A stretch of 64,000 nucleotides of DNA from Lobosporangium transversale. Lineage: Eukaryota. Made by a program: the position numbers and the translations under genes. The notes under the pieces were generated by a model, which worked only from the letters and a program-made list of their open reading frames with translations, did no database searches and was not told where the DNA came from. Of this stretch, positions 10,901 through 24,893 are shown one piece after another. The stretch is taken from assembly GCF_002105155.1 (NCBI RefSeq), contig NW_019028979.1, positions 1,426,001 through 1,490,000 of the forward strand, given 5' to 3'. How positions within the stretch are numbered: the stretch's first letter is position 1; the number at the start of each line of letters is the position of its first letter.

Positions 10901-13900
10901 GAGGCACTATCTCTGTAGCTAAGATAGTCCGTAATGGGCATCCGTATCCGTACATCGCGATTGCTAATGCATATTTGAGCAACCGTTGTTCACTACGCCA
11001 TACAAATACGGAGGAAGGAAAAAAAAAGAAAAATGAGTTCAAATTAACGGCTCCTTTTCTGGAAACCATGGCTACATAACGCCCACTGTCACCTGCTATA
11101 TCTATTTACTGCAGAGATAGCTTATGTTACCTGTCAAGATCCTTGCTAATTTCTCCGTTCCCGACATCCTGGTTCATAATACTCAATATTTCTGCTTGAT
11201 TTATCAGCAAAATGGCCTCAACAATTTCACCTGTCTCGCTTTCTGACATTCGGTTTACAGACGTTACGATATGTCGCCAACATATTTTGAGAAAATCTCT
11301 GGATAGCTCAAGAAGCTCAGAGTCGCTCACAACATATTGCCTAATCGCCGAAGGTTTTTGGCCAGACATCGCAGTAAGTGACGAGGCATCTTTAGGTTGT
11401 GCCGACAATGTTCCTGACGTTTCATTTTGAATCTTTTCCTTATTGCTTGTTGGTACCATATCCGGGGAGTCTACTACATCCACAAGGCTTTCGCAGCACT
11501 CCAGAAATGCTTGTGCAGGTACATGGACACCACTTTGAACCATGGCATCTAGCCAAAAGAGAGCTTTATGAATACTGTTGCCCCTAGTCGCATTGCTACT
11601 ACGCTCATCTGGGCCTTGAGATCGCTTCAGTATGACTCGAAGCGTATCGAGAGGACTTTCAATTAAGTCTTCAATAACTGAAGCGTCCGAAGCGATCGGT
11701 GATTGATTTCCCACAAAGGAATTCGAAGAATCATGGAACAATCTTGCTTTCAGTCGGCTCCGCCACTCATTATCTTTTTGAATGCCAGCCCCAGTATCGC
11801 TACTACCACTATTACCAACCTCCGTAGCTGCAGAATACCCGTTTAGAATAGGACGACTGAGGGTAGTATTACTATGACTATTACTGCCTCCCCCGTCAGC
11901 ACTCCGAACAGCATTGCCGAGTCCCAATCCACTGCCACTTCTGGCACTAGCTTTAAAAAAGAGCTTGTTTAAAGTTTTGAAGTTCATACTCGATACATCC
12001 ATACCGTCCATCAGTTCCTTGAGATTGTCCAACCAACGGCAAAGTATATTCGGGAACATATCGAACAGAAATCCTGCCTGACGAAGTTTCACAATTGATT
12101 CAAGGTAACGTTCTGCCTGGCGTTGGTGAAATCTCTATACAGGTAAGTAAAAGTAAAAGGAATCTCCATGGGTGAATGTTGGTTTCAGTTACGCCAACAG
12201 AGACAAAGAATAGCAGCAGTGCTATTTTTTTTTTTTTTTTTTTTACCTCTATCTCCTCCTGTGTAAAATATTCCTCTGCGCCCTCTTCATCTTGGGCTAC
12301 CATTTCCCGTTCCAGGATCCTGATCTGGCGATATACCATATCAAAGTACCTTGTTGGGTCCAGCTTCATAATCTGTTTAAGCCAGGGGAGCGCAAACTTT
12401 TTAGCCATAAGTTTCCGGGTCATTACATAAGATCCTACGGCGCCAAAAAGATTTGAAGCCGTAGTAGTCGAATTAGTCCTCGAATATGCGTTAGCAAAGG
12501 CAGTGCCAGCAGCAGCAGTAGTAGTACTGGTCGTAGTAGGGTTTGTTGCCGCGGTCATGGAGCTTGTGGTAACCCCAGACATTAATGGGCTGTCTGTCAC
12601 ACCTGATCTACCACTGTTAAGAGCATCGCCACTACCAGGCGGCGTTATATTCATAGTATTCAACAACGCGCGCTTCCTCGCCATCTGCTCTTCGAGGTCA
12701 TTTCGAACTCCAGGGATCTTCTTCCCTCTGGATGTATAGTTTTTATGGATAGAAATTAAATGCTCATCCTCCAGAAGCAACCAATGAAAGATACATCCTA
12801 CCAACCGTTCGCAAGTATAATCCGACATGAACGGGTCTGGGCAACAATGCCTCGTCAACAACAGAAACCCGCTTTCATTAATCGATAGGTTAATGGTACT
12901 AAGGCAGCTCCAAATGGTATGGATCAAGTCCTCGACATCCCGAGTCGGGTCAATCGCATTGACCATCGGGAAAAGGCAGTGCACATCTCGAACTACCCTC
13001 TGTGAAGGCATCATAGCTGTTGTACCGTTGTTGCTTCCGACGGCTGCATCGGAATAAGATGTTTGAATTATAGGGAGCGTAGAAGTAATGGTAGCAGCAC
13101 TAGCAGCAACGGTATCCAAGTCGTCTATGCGTTGATCTTGTTGCTGCTGCTGTAGGTCTAGGTTCTGCGTTAAACAAGAATCGTTAGGCGAAAATTGAGA
13201 GCGATTTGAAGGTATGCCAACAATAGTGGTGGTAGGTAAAAACTCCCCAGAACCTTGAGCTGTTATAGTGGTAGGCCTGTCCACCTCAAACAAACACAAC
13301 TCTCCATCTAGACGTTCTAAAAGTCCCATCTTGACCCACTCTTGCAAAATCACTTGCATAGTCCAATGACTATGAAATTCGAGTCGCCGTATACAGAACC
13401 GTAGGATGGTAGATAGAGATATATGGCTCATTTGAACTGAGTGTTGTGCTAATAGTTGTTCCTGAGCTGTGTCCAGGTCCGGAGCAAAAATATCCTCACA
13501 AAGGCCGCCACCACTTTCTGTAGGCGTAGAAATGAAATATTGCTGGTGGTTGTACTGATGAGGATGATGATGGCTGTCTGTGTGTATAGCTTCTGTCTCC
13601 CTGATCATAGTTTTGGCCAACGCGGCAAAATGGCTCCAGTAAGATGGCGAAAAGAGTAGAAGAGTATCTGGTAGGGTGTCTTCGAAAAAATCGGCCACAA
13701 ATAATGACAATGGCATCAGCTGCTGATGAGCACCAGCAGTAGCAGTACCAGAAGAAGACGAAAAGTGTTGCTGCTGCATAGATTTAACAAGATCTACAAA
13801 GAACTTTTGGAGCGTTATCAACTCAAACCCTGAAGCAGTCATTTTCATTAATAAGCCCTGCTCTAATGGTGTGGGCTGCTCTTCTGTCTCTTCCTTCGAG

Positions 13901-16900
13901 GCCCATTCATGCACCTGTATTTCTTCTCGTGTAATTCCTGTTAATAAAAGTTCAAGCTGTAGCATTAGGATGCTGGCGTTGCAGCTAGCTTCTTCATATG
14001 AGTATCGTTCTTTAAATTGTGCAGATAAAGGCGTAGCTGGCGAAGGAATGGAGGTTGCTGCCGTTACTGCCACTCCTGGAGCGGAAGAATACATTGATGA
14101 TGCTGAAGGGTTATTGATCTCCCATATAGAGATGAGTTCCCGATAGAACTCCAGAAAGCTCTGTCGTAAATCATCATAACTAATCGATATAGGGACGAAG
14201 TTACGAGGCTCCAGCGATTGTGTAACAGTTCCGCACTCTAATGGTGTTCCTTGACAATCTAGATGCATTAGCTGTCCACAATCGCCGCATCGGTACGCTT
14301 GGAAATGATGGCCCCACAGAGGTCGTTTACAGGCCCCACAGAGACAGGTCGCAAATAAGTTAACCAGTTGAAGATGGTGGCCCGCTCGTTTCCGATATAT
14401 TTGATTAGTCTTATTCTCATACAAAACATCGTTCTTATTACTTTCTGCTTCTTCTGTCGGATACATTAATTGGTTCCTCGGTCGCCTTGAGACCAGGTCG
14501 AAAGCACAACATGGTTGAGTACAGTCAATCCCTGCAAGCCGCTTGACTCCATAAAAACAGTCGAGATGAAGTGCTCCTCGGCATAGGTAGCAAAAGAGCC
14601 CAAATCCCTTCACGGCCGCCTCACAGCGTTCGCAATTGATTACCTGAACTGGATCCTGGTCATTCTCCGGCTCAAGTCCCGAAAAAATGTATGGGTATAG
14701 TTCATGGTCTGCAAGGTAGTCAGGTCCAAGGACAGGAGTGGAGCTAGTACCATTAGATGCTGTTGGAGCAGTGGCAGCATGCGGATGTATGGTTGATGAT
14801 AAGATCTCTGTTGCGTGTGCTGATGATACTGCTGATCGTCGAAGTAAGGACGAACGATGGCCACGTTTAGACCGAATCCCAAAGCTACCAATAGAATCGC
14901 TTCTGACTGCTGCATTGCTCCGAGGGATTATAGGATCGTCCAATGAGCCTCGTCGAAGAGAAAACTGCACATCTGACTTTATGGTGTTTGTCCGCGACCC
15001 AGCGGTGGCACTGGTGAGGTTTGTGGGGCTGAAGCCGACAACGGAGGGTACAGCTGCTGCAGCCGTTGCCGCCATCGTAGACATATTCTCTTGAAGAGCT
15101 GATTGTCGAATCAGCAAGACAGTCTCATAGTCAAGTGGAAGGAATTTATCCGAAAGAACATGATGGCCTAAGGATGGCTTACTGATCCACCACAAGACCT
15201 CTAGAGCTCGACTTAGTATCTTCTCGTTTTCTACAACAGCAATCATTTGCAGTAGATCCATTGAGAGATCGGGCTTTATCCGTAAAAGATCTCCTATAGA
15301 CTTTTGAAGTTGCTTCGCTACAGGCAGAGGCGCTTTGGTGAACGAGATCTGCTGAAGCATTGACACTAATGTGAATGAAATAAGCGAACTAGCATGCAAA
15401 TCCATCGTATCCTGGGCCTGCGTGAATGAGGTTGGATTAGATCTTGAGTTGAGTACATGATGCGAGCTAGGAGAGCTGAAAGATTGCCCCCCTCCGCTTC
15501 TTCCTCGTCGAGGAGCAGCAAGCATCCCTTGCTCCTCTGTAGGCGAATGAATTTGAATCGCAAACGTTTGATTATTGTTTAATTGAACACGGATTTTGGA
15601 GGGTGATAGCGGGGAGTTCGAAGCCGATGGTGCCAATGGTGGTGTTGATGAAAATGACTGCATCCTAGAAATTGCAAAGGATGGTAGAATAGTGCCCGTC
15701 AAAAGGTCCAGTAGGCGGACAAGGGTATTATTCTGGAAGACTGTAAAGGCCGAGAGCGCAATCATCCCAATATCGTAGATAGCCTTGTGATCATGTACAA
15801 GCATTTTTGACAGGTGGAATAGGATATCGAGAATAATTGAATGCAGAGCCCATTCTGGCCGAGAGGGCCGAGGATATTGAACCTTATAGCGACAATCATG
15901 TGAGATTATATCGGACAAGGTAACCATAAGGTAATCCAACAACTGATATGATCCTGGCTCCTCGTCTACATATCGGCCAATATTAGATTGCTGAGCATTA
16001 TACTCAAACTCGAATAATGAATTGGATGAATCTTGGGACGTTGCGCCTGGTGAATCTGGTGCTGGGGCGTGGACATTTGGAGATGATGCCCTGTGTGGAC
16101 TTCCATGTGGTGATGCTGATCTGGTCCTGCGGCTGTTGAACATGGATGTGTAGTCCCTATGGCAGTAGAGTATAAAGAAAAGGTGTCGGACAAAATTTAC
16201 TTCTATTGCATAATTCTTCAATAAAGAGCGACATTCCTGACATATATATCTTGGCGGACCTTACATGGGAAAAGTTTCTTCTCTCAGCTCTGCTATGTCC
16301 CAGCCGCCCTCAGTCGCTTTGATGAGGTAATCGCGTAGGTTCAACGTCAATTCTACAGTGTCATCGCTAAAAAACATATCTTCTGCTTCTCCTGGTACTG
16401 ACTCCACGACCCACTTTGGAGGCTTGTCACCTTTGAAGTAGAGGCTATCGAGATCTGTATCTATTTGCTGATGCGGCCGCTGATTCTCCCATTGGTTTTT
16501 TAGTGCTCCTCCTTTAAGCCTAGTAGTATCCATGGTAGCACTCGATGACATATAAGCTGCTGCTGAATGTGCTGCATACCACATGATATTGGAAGGCGCT
16601 CGCTTCCGCTTTTGGATCTTTTTAAGCATCCGCTCTAGGCCCACCTGCCATTTGCTTGGCTCCTTCTTGATAACTTTGTTGTTGGATGGATTGGCAATGC
16701 CACTCACCGCATTGGCCGATGCGTTATTATTGCTTTGACTGCCACTCAATGCTGAAGCCGTAGGCGCACGACGAAACGAAGTCGTTGGGTTGAGATCAGT
16801 TTTGATATGCAGTAAGGGGAGCTTGGCCTTTTGTTTGGGTTCTTTGGCTGTCCCGACAACATCTTGGCCCTGTAATATCGCGGACCCCGATGCTTGTACA

Positions 16901-17391
16901 GAGACTGGAAAATTAGAGGCAGGTCTAGTATCAGATATGGACACGGGGGCTGTGTGTAGAGAATGTTGTTGGGATTGTGAATGAAGATTTTTCTTCTTAG
17001 CATAGTCCAAATCTAAAGGCTGGGGTCGGTGGAGAACTCTGCGCCCTGTCCCCTTCCGAGCCTCATTCACAGGTGATATGAGCTCGGATCCTGTGGATCC
17101 TATACGTGTTGACAATGTTACATTTCGACCTGTGGGAGCGTTGATATCCTCGCCTTGCACGAGCTCATCAGACAAGGGGAGGGTTGGCGAAGATGATACT
17201 TGCTGAAGTTTTGGAGAAAGTTGTGGTAGTTGCTTTGGAGAAGTGGAAAAAGAGGTATTAGGTGACGATGATGATTTTTGCTGTAGTGGTTGTTGCTGGA
17301 CCTGTGAGTGTTGAGAGGGGTTTTCAGGTAAGGGCAGAGATGAAGCCCTCGATATTGATAATTGTTGAGGCTCGGTATTACTATTATGCAT
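5825..17391 (-). CDS. Giant (~3,600 aa) protein with C1-type Cys/His zinc domains and C-terminal helical repeats; UNC-79-like (inferred)
   Basis: ORFs 16261-17421, 12100-16221, 11127-12092, 10869-11069 and 5932-10674 join through about six GT-AG introns (~16160-16265, ~12135-12246, ~10994-11130, ~10783-10872, ~7851-7953, ~6000-6099). Last exon ends ...VRDWVDQD*. C1 motif HHLQLVNLFATCLCGACKRPLWG...YRCGDCGQLMHLDC. The gene itself is well supported; the UNC-79 label is less certain. Confidence 0.8.
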
Positions 17392-18268
17392 GGTAAATTT
17401 CGTATACAATTGACTGAACAATTGAAAATGGTATCAACGTCTGCTAGTGCGTGCAAGTAATATTTTTTTTCCTAGTTGAGCTGAAATAAAAATATAAATA
17501 AAAAATAAAAAATAATAGATGATGGCATTAAGATGTTAGTATGACTAAGAAGGTGTTTTTTCATTGAATTTCATGCAATAAAATGGCATGACATGATAAA
17601 TGACATTAACATGGCACCTTGGCTATAGGATGATGTGAATCCGATTAGGGTATCATTGTCTGTGTGTACTAGGTGATGGATGTGCAATGGCAAAAAAAGG
17701 AACAATTGAGGAGCATGGACAAATAAAAGTCAGGTTTTGCATGGGCGTACAAAGATATTACCTGTGATTTCAATACAACATCCAAAAATGTCTGGAAGCT
17801 CTAATTTTTACTCATTTGCAAATAGGATTATATGGGTTATTTTCATTTATTGTTACTCTGAACATTTATTGACATATGCAAACGATCACAATAATATAGT
17901 GCGATCCCTAAGAATCAACAGCAGCTGTATCTGAGATGCCGTAATATCCCTTGACCTCCGAAGCTCTCAGGAAATATGGGACGCCGTGGACTTAGGAATG
18001 ACCATACACTGCTCTTTTTGGTTGTTTTCTCATTATCTAGTCATGGGCGAAGTAAACGCCACCAATTACTTTTTAAATCAAATATGCAAAGATGAAAAAT
18101 AAGGGTTACTAGCAAATGAAAAGATTGATGGTTTTCTAAAATATAATAGTTTATTCACGGATCGTGATTTGTTACATGTATTGTATTGAAATGGATCTAA
18201 TATGCTAAAGATGGGAAAGGAAATGAGGGCTTTTGTATGCTAAATTATTCGTAGATTGCCTGACACCT

Positions 18269-21138
18269 CTATGAGAACAGCTTGATAGTGTGATCTGCTC
18301 CACTCGAGATCAACCATGGCTGGATGGGGTGCCACTCCACACAAAGTGCACCTATATGAATCAGAAACGTTAATATGAAAACAAATTACAATGCATTAGC
18401 GCACAGGCAGAAAAAGATGTTGATATCTGATAGACTTACCAAGTGCTTCAACACGCTCATGAACATTCTTGAGAATCTTGACAGGCACAATGAGGGGATT
18501 TTGCAGCAGATCATTGTAAACCATGCCGTGGAAAATCTGGACATTGCCATCGTCTGCACAAGATGCAAAAAGTGGATAACGTTTATGATAGGCAACAGAG
18601 CGAATCGCTTGCTGGTGATATCTTAAAGTCTTGTAGGGCTTCGACGACAGATCTAGATCAAACCAGCAAAGACGCTTATCATAAGATCCAATGATCAGAT
18701 TGTCTCCTGCAGGGTGGATATCCAAAGATGAAATCCACTTGACTCCTGTCTGCATGGTCTTGACCAACTCTTGACGTTGCAAGTTGTATTGACGAACATA
18801 GCGTTGAGTTGCGACAAAGAACATGGGCTTGTTAGGATGGAACATGACGCGCTGAACAGCACCCTTGTTCTTTTTAAAAGGCTGTTGCGTCTGGTGCTTA
18901 GTGAGTTGGTGGATCAGGACTGCGGAGTTATTGGCCTCAGGTGCAACAGTCGCAAAATAATCTCCCTTGCGATGCCATGTGACCTGCTTCACTGGCTTTT
19001 GCAGATGAATCCACACTCGAATACCCTTCTCATATTCAGAGGGCGTTGGCTGCTTCCATGTTGCCTTAGGGTTCGCTTCTACAGTAGCGTTGTTGGAAAA
19101 CCCTGCCTTTAAGTATTCTTCCGAATGAAGCGTCAATTCGGGCGAAAAAAGTTTCTCAGGCAAAATCAATCCGATCTTATATCCACTACACCATTATAGT
19201 TTGTCAAAAAAAAAAGAGGCATTATATAATCAAAATACATGTCTCAGAAATATGTAATGTACAATAATAATACATCAAGCACAATACAAATACTTACCAA
19301 GCAACAGCAAGTACAGCAACCTCCTTGTTTGGTCCCCAAACAACTGACGTGACAAGTTCGTCCAAATGATAAATGGTCATGCATCTTCCAGTGGCAACCT
19401 CCCAAATACGAACAGTCTTATCATCTGATCCGGAGGCGAGCCACAAGCCAGAGGGATCCACAGAAATGGAGCGAACACGACCAATGTGACCCAAAAATTC
19501 AATTGCAAGACGCGTAGGGAATGGTTGCAGATCTCGAGGAGAGGGCAGCTTGGGTATCAAACTTTCAGGATCAATATTGAGGCGGTTCTTACGCACACGA
19601 GGCGCAAGATAAAGATCTAAACAACGCTCAAACCGTTCCTGGATAAATTGACCGTAACCAGGTACATTCCTAAGAGCATTATATTTTTGTGGGAGATAGT
19701 TCTTTGGACGGTCCTCCTTATCCATTTCGTTCCACTCTTTGATCTCCTCCTCTGTTGGCAAATATTCTGCTGGGGGGTTGTAGCTTTCATCATGAGTGGG
19801 CAACTTCATCTTAGGTGCAGCGATATGCATAACATGATCTTCTCTTGGCTTATCTTCAGCATCATTCCAAAGATTGTAAAACTTTGGCTTGGGAGGTACA
19901 TAGCCAGACTTGCGAGGGACAATGCGACCCTCACGAATAGCACGAACAATCTTCATGATCCTCTTTGCCTCATGCTTAGAGGGAATGAAGCGACGCTTAG
20001 GCTCAGGAGCAGCAGACAAGGGCATGACTTCTGTCTTTGATGTGAAGAATTCAACCTGCTCCTCATATGGGTTGTACTCCGCATCTGGAATTCTGTTGCC
20101 CTCCAATCTGCGGATAATTTCAAGCTCCTCTGCAGTCAACTTGACATCCTGTCCTTCCTTGTAGTTGTGAGCTGACAACCTATGCGATAAAGATGTTCAC
20201 GTAATTTTCGCATGTCAGCAGTAAATCCCCAATATCCCGCTTCAGAACAATGATATCGAAATGGAGCTTGAAAGTGGAAACATACCATGAATCTGGATCA
20301 TCCATCGTACTAAGGAACTTGTCAAGTTCATCACCAGTAGCTGGCTTCATAATCTTTTTGCCGTTGATGTCGTAGCCAATGTGAGGGTAATCATCATACC
20401 AGTGCATTGGAATGTTACCGACTGTATTCTCATTCTATATGCCCATCAATCATTTTAATATCAAAGGATGGTTAATAACAAAGTCCAATTACATCTACAA
20501 CAACCACCATGAAAGGATCTGAGATAGAGATAGTAATAAATGTAAACAACTCTTTTTACCTCTTCTGTGGATGAATCACTATCATAGACAGGGTCGATCT
20601 CTGGGTATTCTCTCTTGATTGGATTGTATTCGCTCTCCTCTGGAAGCGGCTCGTTCAAATTATGTCCAAAGTTAGGATCAATCTCATCTTCCTCAAGATC
20701 GCCATAATCGCTTTCCGCTTCCTCTTCCTTGTCTACCTCGCTCTCGTTATCGCTTTCTTCCTGACTGTCGACGATGCTATCTCCCTCCATATAGGATCCG
20801 TCAGAATTATCGTCTTCTTCATCCTCATCCTCTTCAATATCCGCAGCAGACATATCCTGACCCTCCTCTTCTTCAGGAAATTCGTCCACATCGTCGTCTC
20901 CGTCGTCTTCAACATCGCCGTCCATTTCATCGTCATCCGAGGCCATATCAATGGCGACTTCACCAAACTCATCATCATCAGAGTCCCGTTGAGCTTCAGC
21001 AACAGTTCTCTTTTTACTCTTGGGTACTACAACAGGCTGAGTTTTAGCCATAGCCTGTGTCTTTGTAGAAAGAATTGCCTGCCTGACTTTTGCAGGCGAC
21101 TGAGAAACAGCCTTTCTGGTTGGTCGTGTGCTTGGCAT
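18269..21138 (-). CDS. ERB1: Ribosome biogenesis protein Erb1/BOP1 (WD40, PeBoW/Nop7 complex)
   Basis: Acidic N-terminus, [69 protein letters not shown]-terminal WD40 repeats ending [10 protein letters not shown]. Four GT-AG introns. Confidence 0.95.
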
Positions 21139-21291
21139 CGGCCTAGTGTGAAATGTCTTTATAGGGATGAAATAATGGGTGGTGTTTTCGTCGTGGTGCA
21201 AATGAAGAGGGGCAAAGGGTAAATGGAACACAGCTGGTTGACTCAAGGGAAAACACTTCTATTCAAGTTTATACCGACTGTATAATAAAAT

Positions 21292-21328
<37 letters not shown>

Positions 21329-21552
21329 AACAAAACACAAGCCACGGCATGTAAATATACATTCTGCCAGCTTAAGTGAAAACACAAGCAACATGCACGA
21401 ACTACAATGGATTTTCTTTTGTAACAATCTGTTCGATTATCTGTGGAGAGTAGCTTTATTGATCTCAGCGCTTCTCATGTAAAATATTTGCAGCTTATTC
21501 CCGAGACTAAAGAAACTATCCCCTGCCAACAACCACAAATGCTGCAGACACT

Positions 21553-23120
21553 TTACTCGGCGTGGAGGGTCTCAAGGAAAGCAGCAGAGGGCTTTGGGGC
21601 CTTCTTGGTAGACTTCTTCTGGGTCTTCTTGAGGATCTCGGCACGGCGAAGAGTTTGGGCATAGGGGTTGAGACGGTTCATAACGGCCATAGACTTCAAG
21701 GGGTTCTTCTTCTGAGTGTAAGGACGAGGAGTCTTAGCAGGACCAGCAGCCTTCAACGAGCCCTGAATCTCAGCAGAGTTGATGATGCGAGTGATATCAG
21801 GGTTAGAAATGATGTGCTGGGGAAGAGAATAGTCCTTCTTAAGGGCAGAAGGCTTGCGGTAGGTGCCATAGATCTGGTCCAAGAGAGCAAAGGCGCTCTG
21901 GGTCCAGATGATAAAGCGGCCCATGTGGCCACCGGGGGCGAGCTGCAACAAGTTAAGAGTGCGAACATTGGCGAGCTCGACACCGGGAATGTTGCGGAAG
22001 GCCTTGACAATACCGTTATCCTCAGCATAGACGACGAGAGGACCGCGGCGTTGGCGGTGACGACGGTTACGCATCTTACCAACACCAGCACGGAGCTTGC
22101 GGGAGTTGGAGACCTTAACAACATCAGCATAGGCGTTGACGGCCTCGAGGAGAGCGACGGCAGCCTTGGTCTTGGTCAAGGACTCGATACCGTTGCTGAC
22201 AACGAGAGGGACCTCCTCAATCTGCTCGATTCTGTGACCACGAGCCAAGACCAATGAGGGGAGGGCAGAGGCAGCCAAAGCAGAGGCAGTAGCGAAGCGC
22301 TTCTGGTTCTGGTTGGTCTTGACGTGCCACTTGCGCCAGATCTTGGTAGGGGCGAACATGCGACCACCACGGCACATGTTTCCGAAAGCGGCCTGGCCAG
22401 AGCGGTGCGTACCGCCTCCAGAGACACGGGGAATACGGGCAACAGCGCGACCGGTACCCCAGGACTCGGCAGAGGTCTGGTGACCGGCCTTCTCAGAGAC
22501 GGCATAAGCCTGGCGGTGGTTCTTGTTCATGTTCTTGTGGACGAACTGGACAACATCAGGACGGATAGGAGCCTTGAAGACAGCAGGCAGAACCTGGGTG
22601 CCAATGGCCTCCTTGCCAGACTCAGAGAAGACGGAGATAACGGGACGAGCAGCCTAAAGATATTGATGCGCATATGATGTGTCGGTGAGAGGTTAGACGC
22701 AATAATCCTCTACAGCTGGTTTCAGGTCTCACTATTGCTATTCTGCTACAGCTGTTATTGCCAGTCCACTCCATTCCAAAAACGCAGTTGGTTGACATGT
22801 CTTGTCCGTAAATCCATGCATATTGATCGTTCTTTGAGCGCTATTTTCAATTCAGTATTGCAGTCTGATTACATCCTGTTCAGCCCTTCGAGTCTAACTC
22901 GATTTTAACGATCCATGCATCTAATAACGCTTCCATTCATAGATTCCATGTAATCTTTTGCTCCAGACAGTGATAACCATGGTCTAGGATCAATTGTTTG
23001 CCAAACCGATACTTTATTGCAGGACAATGATTGAATAGGTGAATGGATGGATAGATTGATGAACGGATGGATGAACAGCCCTCCCCATTGGATTGATTGT
23101 GATCAAGTGTCACTAACCAT
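21553..23120 (-). CDS. RPL4: 60S ribosomal protein L4 (uL4)
   Basis: [47 protein letters not shown]. Exon 1 is the ATG alone (23118-23120), followed by a 464-nt intron (22654-23117). Strong codon bias. Confidence 0.97.
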
Positions 23121-24376
23121 TTGTATTATATTTAATGAAGTTGAAAGAGAGAGAACAATTTGATTCGCGTGTAGCCAAACAATAAAAATCAAAATCAGAA
23201 AGGGGGATAGAAGATTCCCAAGCCACAAAGATTAAAGTTGGAACTGCTTTGCTTGCCATTTCTGCCATGCTTTCTTCATGTCTCAATACATGGATAATGT
23301 GCGATAGACAGAAGTAGTCGCCTCCTATGCTATGCTATCGTGCACCAGGCCATAGCCTCTGGGCCCCGAAAATAATTACAAGTAATATTAATATCCCGTC
23401 TCCAAAGGCTATTTCGTTTGCAATCCAGCGAGGCGCCTTATATTATGTATACACATTAGTTTATCGAACCAGGACCAAGGCTGGCACTCTTGAATAAAAC
23501 CTTAAAATGTACACGTACTGTAAATCATTGTATATAAAAAAAGACGCAAAATGTGCAGGGTCACTCCTTTTGTTTAATAAGCCATGCAGGGTGCACGACC
23601 CTTCTACGTTCAAAAGTATAGGAAACTTGTCAAAAAGTAAATCTAGATAAACACTTATTGCGTCGGATCAGTGGCAGCCATTTCATTCCAATGAAGGAAT
23701 TTTAATTTCTGGAGCTTTTGCTGATTTGTTCTTTTTCTTCCGATGAAGAAGCAGCAGGGCCACCAAAGGTTCCCTTCAACTGCACCTATTGTGGTGACGA
23801 TAGAAAGTGAGATAGACCAAAATGATTTAAAATTCCTCATGTTTTTTTCCTGAAAGAAACAGAGAACAAGAAGAAAGTGCGAAACATGGACCCGCGCCCT
23901 GGTTTAATAATGTCTAACGAATGAGAATCGAGTTCAAATATAATCTTCCAATCAAGGGAAAAAAAAAAAAAATTGGTAATATTTTTTTAATTCAAGAAAA
24001 AGTGACATGTTCTATGATGGATACGTGCGTCCAAATGAACCTATTTCGATCACGTCCAGGCGCGGCACCAAGGAAAGGGAATATGTCATAATTGCTTTGT
24101 TTATTTGTTTATTGTTTATTGAATTATCTGTTCCTTCGCTTTATTTATTTAAAACATCCTTCTTTGTCTTTTTTCCTGTTCCTCTTTGTTCTTTGTTCTT
24201 TCTTCCTTTGTGTGCTCTTCATATGTTCATTCCTATTTCCGTTTGAACAACTTTGATCATCTTACGACCACCTACTAAGCCTATTCAGCTTAGGCATTGC
24301 AGTATTTTTATAATCTTTCATTATTTTATTTTAACGACTACATCTTTTGCATACGAGCATATAAAACATAATAATA

Positions 24377-24859
24377 ATGAAGTTCAAGAGACAAAAGGAT
24401 ACTCAGGGCACGAAAGAACCAGAAGCAAGCAACAATTTGCTTACAGTCAATAGAGGTAAAGGTTCTCTCTCAGCATTGGTAACCACTTATGTTAATCATC
24501 TTTTTAGTGGAAATGCCTCTTCTTATCCCATTAAAACACAAACAGCAGCAGCAAGCAGCCTTAAAAGTAGACAAAGGGCCGCAGAAAGTTGGCGCCTGTT
24601 CCAGTTTCGTCCTTCATTCTACCATCTTTCACCCTTTGTACTCTGCAATACAACCGTCATCCTACATTTTGCTATTTGTATCTTGCTCCCATACCGTATT
24701 GGATAGCACCAGATTTTCCTACCCGTGCTTATTTCATTTTGGCATCCACGTATTTGCCCCACCCTTTTGTCCTTTCATGCCAGGCTTACATGCACAGCTT
24801 CCTTTGTCAATTAGTTGGACCCTACGATACACTTACTATTGCTCTCTCCCTTCCTTTCT

Positions 24860-24893
<34 letters not shown>

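Noticed and set aside
17900..18010. Imperfect stem ATCCCTAAG/CTTAGGAAT with downstream ACA, and superficial TPP-riboswitch-like words
   Set aside because: The TPP core (AACCTGAT...) is absent and the stem is short. Would need an Rfam scan.
21562..22677. Long plus-strand ORFs over RPL4, and similar ones over ERB1, the aminopeptidases and the giant gene
   Set aside because: Antisense shadows produced by codon bias of the real genes.
22654..23117. Possible snoRNA in the long RPL4 intron
   Set aside because: No box C (RTGATGA) on the sense strand and no convincing H/ACA double hairpin by eye.
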